A stretch of 64,000 nucleotides of DNA from Strigamia acuminata (lineage: Eukaryota), in the NCBI GenBank assembly GCA_949358305.1, contig OX442314.1:21948001-22012000 (forward strand). Direction: 5' to 3'. This document shows positions 35,378 through 49,506 of the stretch, piece by piece. Both the position numbers and the translations under genes were made by a program. The notes beneath the pieces were generated by a model. The model had not been told where the DNA came from and searched no databases. It saw only the letters and a program-made list of their open reading frames with translations. The stretch's first letter is position 1. The number at the start of each line of letters is the position of its first letter.

Positions 35378-37051
35378 ATGGAAACGTCAAACAATACTGA
35401 ATGTTTAAACAACATGGAAGAAACGATGAATGTTGATGTAAATGACACAGATACTGCTGTAACAAGTTCAGCAACGTCACCAAAAACAGTCGTTGATGGT
35501 ATTATTTCCGGAATTTTTTCATCGGTTTGTGAGCAAGTCGATACGACAAATTCAGAAATTGATGAAAAGACTAAAACCGACATCCCATCACTCCCGCCAT
35601 CGAAGGAAGTTGTCAATGAAATCATTTCTGAGCTATTTTATTCAGTTTGTGAGCGTATCGAGAACAATTTAAACGACAAATATACGAAACAGTCGAGTAT
35701 CGACTCTGCAACACCGATGGATGCAGAAACGAACGTTACAAATCAAACCGAAGCGACAAACATAATGATTGCAAAAGGCAGTTTGGTTCCCTATGACGTC
35801 AGTTCAGAATCTGACACCGAAGACTCCGAATCTGATTCCGCCTCGTCAACGAGCGAATCTGATTCAACGGTATCAGCCGAGGAATCGGATTCAGATGACA
35901 GGTATCTAAATTACTATTTATTTCGTTTATATTTTACAAATATTATATATACATATATTTTTTTTAGCGATGATGATAAAACAGTAGGAAATGGGAAATC
36001 GAATAAAACTTCCTTCAGACCAATCAAAACACGCGGTGAATTAAGTTTGGACGATTTACCGCCAATCGAACATCTACAAATATCAGCTGAAGGCTGCAAG
36101 TTGGCGATTATTGGTCACGTGCACTCAATTGTCGATACATTAGGTGAGAGAACAACTCATTTGATTTTTATTTCTAATATTTATATATATTTTTTTGCCT
36201 TTGGTAGTGGTCGTTCATAGTCATTACGGTACGGCAACGTTGGGCGAAGATAGTTTTCTATTTGCGGAAGACGGGTCATTGATAGGCCAGGTTAATTAAT
36301 TGAAATTGCGTTTTAAACACGAAATGTCATTGATTTTATTTTTCTCGCAGATATTTGACATTTTTGGCAATACCCAGGACCCTTATTACGCCATTCGTTT
36401 TAATAATACGCAAGAAATCGAAGATAAATGCATTAAAATTGGTGATAAAGTTTATTATGCTCCCGAGAATACAACTCTTTATTCAATTATTTTCGCCGAG
36501 GAAATAAGGAAACAGTAGGACCTTAAACGATATTAAAAATTTTATAATTTTTAATCTTAATATTTTTATATATTTATTTAGACATAAAGGTTCCGATGCA
36601 TCGTGGGAAGACAACAACGAACCGCCGGAACACTGTCTCGATTTTTCCGACGACGAAGGCGAAAGATCGGCAAAACGAAAGAATAATTCGAAACGGACCG
36701 CCAACGGAACTCAAAAGATCATGCAAAAGAGGAAGAAATGGCAACAACCTTACGGTAAACCATCAGTGAAAATAAATAATATAAAATAATAATAAAATGA
36801 ACGATAATATTCATTTAGCTCCGCGGACACCAAACGCCTATCCGATTTTACGGCATCCCGTTTTCAGGCCGCCATTTCAGCACGCAAATTCGTTTCCATC
36901 GCACTCGAATGCTGCATTTCCACAATTTCCAAGTCCCGTTCCATTTCCGGTGCAACCAAATGGTAACGGTTTACCACAGTTAAGGTTACCACCACCAAAT
37001 TTCGGCTTTGTGCCGTCTTTTGCGTCACCGTCACAGTCACGACCGACGTAG
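35378..37051 (+). CDS. NAF1: H/ACA RNP assembly factor NAF1
   Basis: Acidic Ser-rich N-terminus, KTRGELSLDDLPPIE, Gar1-like domain (IGQIFDIFG...PYYAIRFN), KGSDASWEDNNEPP...DFSDDEGER and a Pro-rich tail. Confidence 0.93.
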
Positions 37052-37485
37052 TTACTGCAAAGGTAGGAGTTAGAGAAGGGGAAAAAAATCGTGGAAAATG
37101 AATTTATTTGAAATATCGTGTAATTATTAGTCGATTGAAAATTTGAAATGGAATAAATATTAAGACTAAATAAATAACAGTTAAGATTCCAACAATTGTT
37201 GTGCAGGTTGTCATTGTTGCATCATCGTAATGGCAAGAAGCGATTTCTTATTTTAGTCGGCCTTTTGAATTCGTCTAAATTGTCCAGTTTTGTCGCGAAG
37301 TGAGGCAAATCTGGCGTTGGCTATTGAGAAGGATGTGTCATCTGATTTAAATAGTTTAATTTAATTTGATTTTCGGAATTTGTTTTATTTATTTTTATTT
37401 TTGTTTTCTTATTTGACTTCTATTTTAATTTTTAATACCTTTTTAAATTAATTCTTCTCAAAGCCAACGCCAAAGGTTGTATTAC

Positions 37486-38133
37486 ATGAGGAGAATATCT
37501 TGCAAACATTACCAGCTAGTTTATAGTAAGTTGAGGTAGATGTGTGAATTAATAATGAAATGAAAATGTTTGAAAATTCAAAATTTTTATAGAAGCTAAG
37601 CACTCCAAAATGGCATCACACGCGAACGAATCGCGCCGATTTATTAAGACCAATTGCAAATATCCTTTCGTTCTGAAAGGGAAATTACGACGAAGCAACA
37701 TGAAACCGGTAAAAATTGATTCGTGTAGTGGACAGTTGGATTTCGTTGATTTAAGGTGAAATTTGTAACTTAGGTGTCGCACATTAAAGCGCAGGCCAGT
37801 TTGGATCCGTTTAAATGCGAGAATAATTTGTTTCAACAAGAAAACAATGAAATTCTTTTGAGTACGGATGCTGACGTTTCACAGTCGCAGGACTCCGTCT
37901 ACGAAAAGTCCGTTATTTCGCACACGATGATGACCTTACGACGTTACCCACCAGAAATTGTCATCTCTTTTCTTCTGCTTGTTATGCTAGCCGGTTATAT
38001 CTTGATTTTGAACACTTACAATACCTACGGAAGTCCTGTTGTGTCTCGACTCTTGGGGAACCACACCAAATTGCCTGATTTCACATTGCCAAATTTCGAA
38101 GACTTGATGCGACATGATTTCAAACTTCATTGA
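37486..38133 (+). CDS. Orphan ~170-aa protein with one hydrophobic segment, three-exon model
   Basis: MRRISCKHYQLVY (donor a|gtaagt), KAKHSK...SNMKP (ccg|gtaaaa) and VSHIKAQ...IVISFLLLVMLAGYILIL...FKLH* join in phase. Confidence 0.5.
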
Positions 38134-38233
38134 ATATTTCTATCTTTAATTTTTCACAATCACATAAATTGATTTTCATTTTTATTTCAATTTCTGAATT
38201 CTTTGTTTTTTATTTTAAACACTTTTGAGTAAT

Positions 38234-40210
38234 TTAACGAGCAACAGCGTAAATCGGTTGTGGTTTTGGAACAGAAACAAGGGCGAAATGATAGTCAAAG
38301 TCAACTTCACGTCCTTCAATTGGCTTGCAAGTGAATTGCTGCAGCATCGATGTAAAATATAGAAAAAGTTCCATCCTGGCTAAAGATTCGCCCATGCATT
38401 GCCGCTTACCTGGCCCAAAAATTAATTATTAGCAAACAAATGTGGAATCATAGAGGCGGATTTATGGCTCGTCTAATTGAAAATTAACAAAAAAAAATAT
38501 TTTTCGAATATTTGTCGGAAAATATTTTTCTTTGAAATTCGAGAACCTATAAATTCGCTTCGGTGGAAATTTCTTTTTCCAGGCTACTTGTTAATCATAC
38601 CTATAGAAAATGGCATGTATCCTTCTAATTTTTTTACTTTTCCACTGTCATCCAAGAAGCGTTGAGGTTTGAATTGCTCCGGCTGAGGAAACACGTCTGG
38701 ATCGTGATGAACAGCCCACAGATTGATTATGACACACGTGTTTTCAGGAATGAAATATCCTTGTAAGGTTGTGTCTCGGTTCGCCCTGAAATGTTTATAC
38801 ATAATTTTATTAGTCTCGTCATTTTGTAACTTGGAATAGACGTGCATGTGTTCCAAAGCTAAGGGCGCAATTGTTACAATGCGATTCACTTCCATGAGGG
38901 TCGCCTCTGTATACGGCATCAATTTCTGGTCTGACATTGACGGTGTTCTCTCTCGCCCGATAATATTGTCGATCTCTTGCTGAACTTTAGCTTGGATTTC
39001 TGGATATTTCATCATGTACAACAAACTCCAACTTAGTGTGTTTGTTGTTGTGTCGCTTCCAGCAATAAATAGGTCGATTAGAATGGATGGAAGATATTTT
39101 TCTGTAAAAATGTCGTTTAATAATAAACTGTTTATAATTTAAGACCTCGTACTTGCTAAATATTTATTCCCCGCATCTTTTTTCGCTTCCTCTAACCAAG
39201 CGTCGATAAGATTATTTCCATTCTCGTTTTTCTCCTCGAATTCATTGACAATTTGTGAAAGAGCATGTGATAGTATCATATATGATTCCCTAAAACCGAG
39301 ATAAATATAAAATAAATATTAGTACACAGATTCGAATGAAGTTACAATGGCTGTTGTATTCCTAGAAATTTTATAACGCTCGGTATTCTAATTGCGTGAG
39401 GAATGTAATCAATTATTCTATCTATTCCAAGTCGTTTTAGGTGGTCAGCCGATGCCTCCAAAAGGATTCGGAATGTTTTATCTGTGTATTCGTATCGTTG
39501 TCCACTCATGATAACACATATGACATTAAAAATACTTGTATGTATAATCTCGTGTACATTTGGTATTGGTTTGCCTTTGTAAAATTCAATTTCTTTTAGA
39601 AAATGAGCAATTTCATCCTGAAAAACACACGTGGTAAATCATTCAGATAATTTGGCAAAATCCAGACGTGTGTCTGGACACTTGCCTCGATTTTTGGTTC
39701 TAGGGAAGATTTTCCAATTCCAAAGTCTCGTAATTTTGATAATGAAAAGCGGCGAAATTCCGACCACATATCGCCATTGGCACCTGCAATTCCTGGAGTT
39801 GGTCTAATTTCAGGTGGATAGTGATGAATAGGTCGCGAAGAAAACACGTCTAATTGTTTAATAAGGGCTTCTTTTACAACTGCACAGGATGTCAAGAAAA
39901 TAAATGTTTCTCGTCCTAATTTTAGCCTGTAACAAGTGTAAAGTAAAATAAAAATAAAAATAATGTCTAGTTTTATCGATTTTATTATTATCTTTTGTTA
40001 TCACCTTATTATGTCGCCATACTTTTTCTTCAATTCGTTTATAGTTTCGTGCGGTTTTTTGCCCAAAAACAATGCATAGCCTAGAAATGGTAAACCACAG
40101 GGTCCTGGTGGAAGGTTTTTAGGATACGTGATGAAGAAATAATAAATAGCAGCAGCTATAGCAAACAACGCTGCTGCTATTTGACTCGTCAAAATGGCGT
40201 CTAACTCCAT
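38234..40210 (-). CDS. Cytochrome P450, CYP2 clan (gene A)
   Basis: [44 protein letters not shown]. Confidence 0.95.
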
Positions 40211-40901
40211 TGAACTTATGTATAGGTTGTTTTTTAACCTGTAATCACTTAATGAACCATCTTGAACTTATTTTATCTTGCTATGATTTGTGATATCTGT
40301 GTTATTAGGCAATGTCATTCCAAGTTGATTTTAAACGAGCCATTAAGTTTTTGTGGTTAAAAATTAAAATCGTTGATTACAAATTAGTAATTATTAGGAC
40401 AGGTTTTTCAAGGATTTTGGATACATACCAAACCTTGGAATATGCAGATGAGATTTATTTAGATTTTCAAGGCTTATGTAATATGATTGTTAATCTGAGT
40501 GGCCATTTCCGCCTCATCTGAAGTGGAAACATTTGAACAAAAGAATTGTAGTTGTGTAAAATGAGGTGTAAAATATTCTAAAATTTTTTTTTTTTTAATG
40601 TTTAAAAACTTGTGGTTTTGATATGAAAATGTGGGTTAAATTTATTTATTAGATGGGTGCAGGTAAACCAAATGTACTGGGTCATGGTGAAATTTTTTTT
40701 ACAAACACTGCCCTAGATAAATAATGGATGAAGACTTATAAAATGTATACAGAAGAAGAAATGAATTTTCTAGTGTGGTCTTGGTTATTTTGAGATGTTT
40801 ACTTTTATCACTAACGAGCATTTTCACTACTTTCAGGATGAGCAATTAATGTCACAATTTACTTTTACAATGTAAAAATAAAATATAAATAATGAAGTTA
40901 G

Positions 40902-43679
40902 TTACTGCTTAGTCAAAATAGACTTTACGCAGACAGAAAAATGTTTTGGTATTCGTACAACTCCTCCGTGATATTCAAGATGAAGTGGTTCCTCAGACGA
41001 TTCTTCGAATGTAAAATTTTGCAGCAATGCAGTGAAGTATAAAAATACCTCCAGTTTTGCTAAATTTGCTCCGAGACACATTCTTTTTCCTAAAATGAGT
41101 AAACAAGAAAATTTAGAAGTATAAATTAAAATTATTACATATGATTAACATTAATATTAAATACCTATTGAAAAAGGCAATATTTTATCTTTATTGATAA
41201 TCTGATTCTGGTCGTTAAGGAATCTTTCGGGCTTGAACACAAATGGCTCAGGCCATTCATTTGGATTTGTGTGAATCCCAAACATATTGGCTAATATTAT
41301 TGTATTTTTTGGAATAAAATATCCATTTAGTTCAGTATCTTCTGTAGTGCTATACATAGTATAAAAAAAATACAAAATGGTTTAAGATATTCAATTTGTA
41401 TACTTTAGTATACAGGATGAAATGTTACCTGTGTACAAGGTTCAATGGATTGACTCCTGCTAATCGGTGCACTTCATGTAAAGTTGCTTCAGTAAATGGT
41501 AAATTGCATTTGTCTTCAACAGATGGCAGTCGGTCTCGTTCTACAACATCATGGATTTCTTTCCTGCATTTGTTTTGGATAATTGGATTTTTAACCATAT
41601 GTGCAATTCCGGTAAGCAATGTGCTATTTGCTGTTTCAGTACCGGCCATGAACAAACTTAACAAGTTGAATTGCAGAGAATCTCCTAAAAAAAAGTGAAT
41701 AATTTTACAATTAGATACGGCTTGAGTATGCTAATCACTATACTATCGAGGACTATAGTAATAAAATCCGAACTTTCGTACACCAAACAACTGTTGATAG
41801 GTATTTGACGGTAGGGTGTGCAGGGGTATCAGGCTAAAGGTGGGTTCACATGTGGTGCTTTGCGCTTGCGCGTTAAAGCACGAACATGATGCGCGAACAT
41901 GATGCAGCAATGCCAGGCGGTAGCAAAGCACGAACAATGAGCAGAGTGCCGTTCACATGCATGCTTTACACATGTGCATTATAAATACATTAGATTCTGT
42001 AATATCCGATTTTTGAGAAATTTGTACATTATTTTATCCATTTTTACATAATTTTATCTATTTTTACACTTTCCAAACCAGATTTTAATCATATACACTT
42101 GTAAAATGAGACAAAAACGAGTTAAATCACGCAAAAAAAAACTTGTAAAAACATGCAAAAAACGTGTAAAAACCACGTAAAACCATGTTAAAACCACGTA
42201 AAATAAATAAAGGGCCTTAAACAAACAGCATTTATTAACTTCTCCTCAAAAGAAGAAGTCAGAACCACAGTCTTGCTTGATTCTATGGGCGCCGCCATCT
42301 TGAAAAGCATGAATTCCTGCTTTAAAGTTAAAAATATTTAACTGGTGCTTTGTGCGCTATCTGACCACGCGCTTTGGCAACGCGCTTAACAATGCAGGTA
42401 GGGTTCACATGCAATGCACGAACACAAAGCACGAATTGTGCTTTAAAGCTGCTTTAAAGCAGACATGTGAACCCACCTTTACAAATTACAAATATACTAA
42501 CTTGTAAAAGGTCCTGGTGAATTATTTTTTTCCATTCTATTATTTCTTTCGTCCATCCAAGCAAAAATTAGATCTCGATGTTCCTTTGTAGTAAAATCGG
42601 CTTCATGTTGTTTCATGATGTGCTCAGTAAACCCATATAACTCTCTTTTGAGCTTTCTATTAAAGCAATTGCTGATATAAGTACCAACTATACAGATAAT
42701 AAATAGTAATTTTACTTTTTTCTACTTTGCTGTAAAAACATCTGCATTAGAGGTAATTTGTTTATCCAAGGAAAATACATTGGGAGATGAATAACTTCAA
42801 GACTGAAAGTTAATTCATCTAAGTTATGTTTCATTTGTTTAAACATTGGATCACTGTAATCAAATCGTTTTCCAAATTGCAATGTACAGATAGTATTAGC
42901 AATGCTGGTCCCTAAACGATCATGTAAGCAAGTTGGCTTTCCAGCAGTTGTTGCGAGTTCTTGAAGAAAGCATTCGATTTCTTCCTATTTTTTTTTTATT
43001 TTTATTTCTACGTACAAAAATTAAAGATTTATTCGATTGAAACAACTTACCTTGATCTCTGGTTCAATGATTTGTTTTCCAACCCCAAAATCGCGTAATG
43101 TCTTAAGCACGAAGCGCCTTTGTTCTTTCCAGATATTACCATCAGAAATACTGATTCCTATAATCCAAACATTTTAAAAAAAACAAAAAAACACACATAG
43201 TAAATACTAGCAGTAAATCAAAATTTACCGAATTCATCTCCATCTATTTCCATTGGGGAATCTCGAGGTTTTCCTGAAAATTTATCACCTTGCGTGACAA
43301 AAGCTTCGTGCATCAATTCAGCTGTGCCTAACACAACAACTAACCTGCCACCAAGATAGAAACTACATAAAATACAATAGAGTTAGGTTACACGTGTATC
43401 TTGTCAAAATTTTTCTATTTACAAATTTTTAAAAAAGAATATTGCCTACCTAATAAGAGATCCATACTTTTTATGTAGTTCTCCGACCACCAAATGTGCG
43501 GATTTGCCGTATATCCATGGTAAAAAACCCACAATTGGTAAGCCAACCGGTCCAGGTGGTAAATTTTTCGGGGATAGTGCGTACGGGACTAATAAAATGA
43601 TAATACAAGAAAGAATTATCAACGCTAATATAGAAGATGGTTCAAAGTTTAACGAAATAAGTTGTGACAGTGGGTCCAT
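40902..43679 (-). CDS. Cytochrome P450, CYP2 clan (gene B)
   Basis: LPPGPVGLPIVG, WKEQRRF, LFMAGTET, EVHR, PERF, PFSIGKRMCLG. Confidence 0.95.
41838..42478. mobile_element. PIF/Harbinger-like MITE in an intron of P450 gene B
   Basis: TIR aggtgggttcacatg...catgtgaacccacct flanked by taa / tta. Confidence 0.8.
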
Positions 43680-43864
43680 TATGTATTTGAGTGGTTACTA
43701 TCTTACTGACTATAGAGTGATTCACTGTTGGACTGCTGCAAATGTTGACTCGTTGAACTTTGATAGTTTAATTTCTTTTTTCAATCATATGTTGATGAAA
43801 GGGCAATGTTTCTACGGAAGTTCTATTCATCATGAATTTTTTTGAATTTTTTTGAATTTTTTTA

Positions 43865-43867
43865 TTT

Positions 43868-43922
<55 letters not shown>

Positions 43923-43925
43923 TTA
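43865..43925. repeat. (TTTA)n microsatellite
   Basis: Directly visible. Confidence 0.95.
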
Positions 43926-44126
43926 TGTGAGAGTACAGCTGTAGAAGTCTTATTTTAAAACCAGCATCTCAAATCTCAAATTACTCGCCCAAGACCAAAT
44001 TAATGACAAAAAAACAAAATAAACGCATTTTAATACGACTCGGTTCATTTTAATACGACTCGATTCATTTATTATTTGAAAGCACAGCTGCAGAAGTGTT
44101 TATTTAAAAGCCAACATCTCGAATCT

Positions 44127-44168
44127 CGTGACGTCATTCCCATGTTATTCAATGGGAATGACGTCACG
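44127..44168. promoter_or_regulatory. 17-bp inverted repeat carrying two perfect CRE sites (TGACGTCA)
   Basis: cgtgacgtcattcccat-gttattca-atgggaatgacgtcacg, between the divergent P450 genes B and C. The function is inferred. Confidence 0.5.
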
Positions 44169-44268
44169 TAATGCAGCTACTATCTTTAAAAAAGTTTGAG
44201 GTTTGCAGCAGATAAATTTTACTCTTACGCGTCTTAAGATCTCCTTTTGTGAATATCATTTATCAGCA

Positions 44269-46196
44269 ATGATATTGACTACTTGTTTAGCAGTAGGTGT
44301 TATTTCTATTTTCATTATATGGCTAAAGGTTTTTAAAGCGCATAAAAATTCATTACCACCTGGCCCATGGGGAATTCCAATATTTGGAGTTTTACCTTTT
44401 ATCAAAGAGCCACCACACATATCATTCCAAAAGTATTACAAGAAGTATGGCAAAATTTGCAGGTAAATGTGATGACATGATACACACTTTAATTTTATAA
44501 ATTACCGTATGCATTTTGGTATGAAATTTCAGTTTTCAAATGGGTCATCAGTTTGTGGTGTTACTGAGTGATTATGAACTAATAAAGGAAGCTTTTATTA
44601 AGCAAGGTGATAATTTTTCTGGACGACCACAATCATTTCCATTTCGTGTTTTTCCTGAAGATAACGGTAGGTTTCAATATTATTAGTTACGTATTCACAA
44701 CAGCACTGGGTTAATTTTGAGCAAATATAAATAATTCTAGGAATTGTAACGACTGAAGGAAACTTATACAAACAGTACAAGTCTTTTATCATTACCACAA
44801 TAAAGAATTTCGGTGCAATAAGGCAACAGTTTGAAGAAATTGTGAAAGTAATGAAATATTTTTAGTGTGGAGAATTATTGCTCACATTTACGTGTTGATT
44901 CAGGACAATGCTGCAGAGTTTGTGCAGTATTTGAAAACAATTGAAGGCCAATCAGCTGACATTGTTGAAATGCTTGGACTTTCTGTGGCTCAAACATATT
45001 CACACATTCTCCTTGGAACGAAACTAGACACAAAAAATCCTAAATTTTTAAGATTGATTGACTTATGTTTTCGAGAACAACGTTGTTACAATAACGGAGT
45101 TCGAATATATCTACCTTGGACTAGGAAAATACCAATTTTAAAAACAATGGTTGGAGAGGATGAGATACGGTACTTAATTCTAATCTGTCAATTTAATTTC
45201 AAAACATATTTCATTTTGGGGTAATAGGGATATTAAGGTTGAGCTGTACAAGTTCTATGGCGACATGGTTGATGAAAGTGCTTTGACTTATACAAATGGA
45301 AGCACTGATTCTTTCATTCATACATGGTTTACCGAAGAGTTAAATAGGAAGAGCAAAGACCCTAATGACATGGTCTTTTCCAGTAATTTTAATATTCTTA
45401 CTTGTTTAATTGTTATTGCTGACAAAATCTCTACACTTAGAAAGAGCATTAGTGCACAATCTTGACATGGTGCTGAGTGCTGGCTATGAAACAACAACCA
45501 CAACAATTCGTTGGGCTTTTTTATTCCTTATTAAGCATCCACACGTTCAAGACAAAGTTATTGCCGAATTGGATAAAGTCATTGGTCAAAACAGAGTTCC
45601 GTCAATAGAAGATATAAAAAACACACCTTACATTTCTGCTACGATTCTTGAAATACACCGCTGTGCTACCATTGGGCCTCTTGGAGTACCCCACAAGTGA
45701 ATTAATACGTTATAAAGTGGTTTGTAAATTGAATTTTTGTAAATTCTTGTTTTGAAATATTGCAGAAACAAGGAAGAAACTAATTTAGGACCTTATCGAA
45801 TCCCACGTTCAAGTGTCATTTATGCTAATACGTATTCAGTGCACATGAATTCTGACTTGTTTCCTGAACCTCATAAATTTATGCCTGAACGTTTTATTGA
45901 TAAGGAAGGGAAATATTATAAAGATCCTCACGTTATACCATTTTCATTAGGTAGACGTCATTCATTTATATGGATGTTTAAAAAAATTAAAATTTGGAAA
46001 AATTTTTATAGGTAAAAGGCAATGTCCAGGTGAAGGGATGGCTTACACTGAGATATTTATTTATCTTTGTTATGTGCTACAAAAGTATCGTCTTACAAAA
46101 GTGAATGAAACTGACGAGTTAGAAACCAGCGTCAGAAGTGAAAATCTTTCGGCAATTCCATTGGCTTTTAATCTGCGTTTTATTAAAAGGAACTAG
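44269..46196 (+). CDS. Cytochrome P450, CYP2 clan (gene C)
   Basis: LPPGPWGIPIFG, SAGYETTTT, EIHR, PERF, PFSLGKRQCPG. Confidence 0.95.
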
Positions 46197-46840
46197 TATT
46201 TTGCCTTTCATTTGGTTTTTATTTTTTTAGTTATGTTGAAATGGAATATAGACTTTCGAATTCAGAGAATTTTATCATGAACTTTATCTTCTTCTTGACT
46301 CTGTAACTAACTCTTATCAAATTTCAGTGTTATTAGATGAATTTGAAATTCATATCAGTGGCATCATGTATTGCTCAATTTTTAATTCAAAATAATAATA
46401 AAAAGACATCTCAAATGTCTCATTTAATTTTTTTTAATTGAGATAAAATAAATGAGTTCTATGAATTTTATAAATTTATACTGCAAATGTCATCATACGC
46501 ATAAAATGTAAAATTATACTCGTAAATAATATAAATTAATTATAATTATAATTATATAATTGATATAAATTAACACTTTGTAATGAATCGCGAGTCTAGA
46601 TAGGTTTAGAAGCGTTTGAACTTTTCATATAATAATTATATAATTATAATTATACAATTATACAATTAATTATATAATAATTATAGAATTATAGAATTAC
46701 GTTTCCGTTTTAAAGTATCCTTGTACATATTCATTTTTGAACTTGAGAACGTAGAACACGGAAGAATCAACGGATCAAAAGTCAAAGAGCAATAAGCAAC
46801 ATATTTTGTTTATTTGACAACTTTCTTGTTGCTACTAAAC

Positions 46841-48732
46841 ATGTCTGCTTTTTGGGTTGTTTTTGGACTCACTTTGTTGCTAATCTTATGGCTTAAATTC
46901 ATACAACATAGATCGCTACCTCCTGGACCTTGGGGAATACCAATATTTGGCATATTACCTTTTATGAACAAGCCACCACACATTAAATTTCAAGAATACT
47001 ACAAGAAATATGGAAATATTTGCGGGTTTGCAATTGAAACTGATTTTGGCAACATACGTTAATGATTTTTCTCATAGGTTTTACATTGGGCAAATATTTG
47101 TTGTGTTATTGAATGATTTCAACTTAATAAAAGAAGCATTTGTCAAACGAGGTGACGTTTTTGCAGGAAGGCCTGACTCTTTTGCTTTTAGGGTCTCTCC
47201 AGAGGATAGAGGTAAGTCATGTTGTACTGTTTTAATATTAATTCCATTTAAATTTTAAAAATCTATCCTATTAGGAATTGCAACAAGCGAAGGATATGAG
47301 TATAAACAATATAAATCATTCATTCTATCAACTCTTAAGGACTTTGGCTCCGTGAGGCAACATTTCGAGTTCACTGTCAAAGTAAATACTCTTAATATAC
47401 ATTTCTGAAAAGTGTTTATTTTAATACATCCAATGATTTGAGCTAGGAAAATGCTGAGAAATTTGTAGAATATTTGAAAACAGTTGAAGGTGACGTGATT
47501 GATATTTTGCAACGGCTTGGTCTGTCAATTGCTCAAACGTATTGTCAGATTTTACTTGACAAAAAATTAGATTACACTGATCCGGCATTTAAGAAGCTCA
47601 TTGATCTTTTTTACATCGAACAACGTTGCTACGGCAACAGTGTAAGAATATTTCTTCCCTGGACGAAGAAAATTCCAATTATTAAGAAATGGGTAGGCGA
47701 AACGGAAATACAGTTAAGTTTACAAAAATCAGACTTGTACAAAGCACAAGACATGAAATATCCCAAATTACAGGCAAATAAGAGAAGATATTTACGAAGT
47801 TTTAGGGGAATTAATGCAAGAAAATGTCTATAATTACACAATAGGAAGCAAAAATACTTTTATTCATTCTTGGTTTACCGAAGAACTAAATAGGAAAAGC
47901 AAAAACCCCAACGACGACATCTTTTCGAGTAAGAATTTGTATTCCCAATGATTTAACACGGAGATTTGAACGGAAAACTTTGTTTAGGAAGGAGTTTACT
48001 TTTCAATCTAGACATTGTGTTCAGTGCTGGGTATGAAACAACAACAACAACTCTTCGATGGACGTTTTTGTTTCTGCTAAAATATCCACACGTTCAAGAA
48101 AAAATCATTGAAGAAATTGATGAAGTTATTGGTAAAGACAGACTCCCAACTTTGGATGACAGTAAAAATTTGCCTTACACTCTTGCCACAATTGAGGAAG
48201 TTCATCGACGAGCAACAATAGGACCTTTAGGGATACCCCATAAGTATATTTGACTAAAATTGATATTAAATCATATTTTATATCTTTTTAATTGTAGATG
48301 TAGGGAAGAAACAACTTTGGGTGGTTTTCGAATTCCAGAGTCGAGCCAAATTTTGGCCAATGTGTTTGCAGTACACACAAATCCACAGCTATTTCCTGAG
48401 CCAAATGAATTCAAACCAGAACGCTTTATTGATGCTGGAGGAAACTTTTGCAAAAGTGAATATGTCATTCCGTTTTCAATTGGTAAATATTTTTTTTTAT
48501 TGCAATTTGACCTCTGTTGTGCCATTTAGATATTTTGTTTTTTGGTTTAGGTAAAAGGAAATGTCCAGGAGAAGAAATGGCTTCTATAGAGATATTTCTT
48601 TACCTAACACATACATTGCAATATTTTCGCCTCGAAAAGGGCAGTCAGAGTGAAATTTTGTCTGAACCAGGCAAAAGTGAAAACTTTTCATCAGTTCCTG
48701 ATAACTACACAATGCGTTTTATTAAAAGATAG
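46841..48732 (+). CDS. Cytochrome P450, CYP2 clan (gene D, paralog of C)
   Basis: LPPGPWGIPIFG, SAGYETTTT, EVHR, PERF, PFSIGKRKCPG. Confidence 0.95.
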
Positions 48733-49506
48733 GAAAGTTGGCACAACTATCTTTTCAAAGTTACATTTTGTCATGATCCGACTTTATTAATATAATTAAA
48801 TCATGGTTTTGATTCCTTTGATACTTGAAAATAATAAGGGTTAGTTGAATAATTATGAATGATAGTAATTTTAATGATAAAAATTTTTATTTGCATAAAA
48901 ATAGTTAATTGTTAACTTTGGGTCTCGAGTCCGTAATGGTGGACACGAGGCAATGCGTGTAAATTGGAAAAGCCACCTATTTACAATTTAGGCTTCTATT
49001 CTGGCTGTTAGTCGACAAGGGGGATTTAATCGAAAGGGTAGTGTATGTGTTCAACTCAAATAGTGCTAATAGTACTAATAGTCCACGGGGTGTGGTGTGA
49101 CTATTGTTTAGCGCAAAATGGAGTATTGTAACAAAACTCGGAAACAACAGTCGATGCTATTGCGACTATTGTTTAGATATGTTTCGTATATTAAACCTAA
49201 TAAGGCGTACTTAATTTCCTCCAGATTTATTCAGATTAGAAATTCGTTTGTTTATTTGTTTGGCTACCGGTATTTCTCATTTGTAGTGGTTTCTCCACAC
49301 TTTCAAATGGTTTGGTGATTTCCAACAGCTGTTTGCCACGACTTGCATCTGCCTCGGTCACACCGATGGTGTATTTTTTTTATAGTTGGTGTTGGTGTTG
49401 GTGTTGGTGTTGGTCTGTGGTTGGACTGTTTCTTTTTTCGTTCAGTGGAGACTTAAATAGGAAAATGACACGTGACCTGAACAGGAAGAGATTATTCTCA
49501 ATCTTT

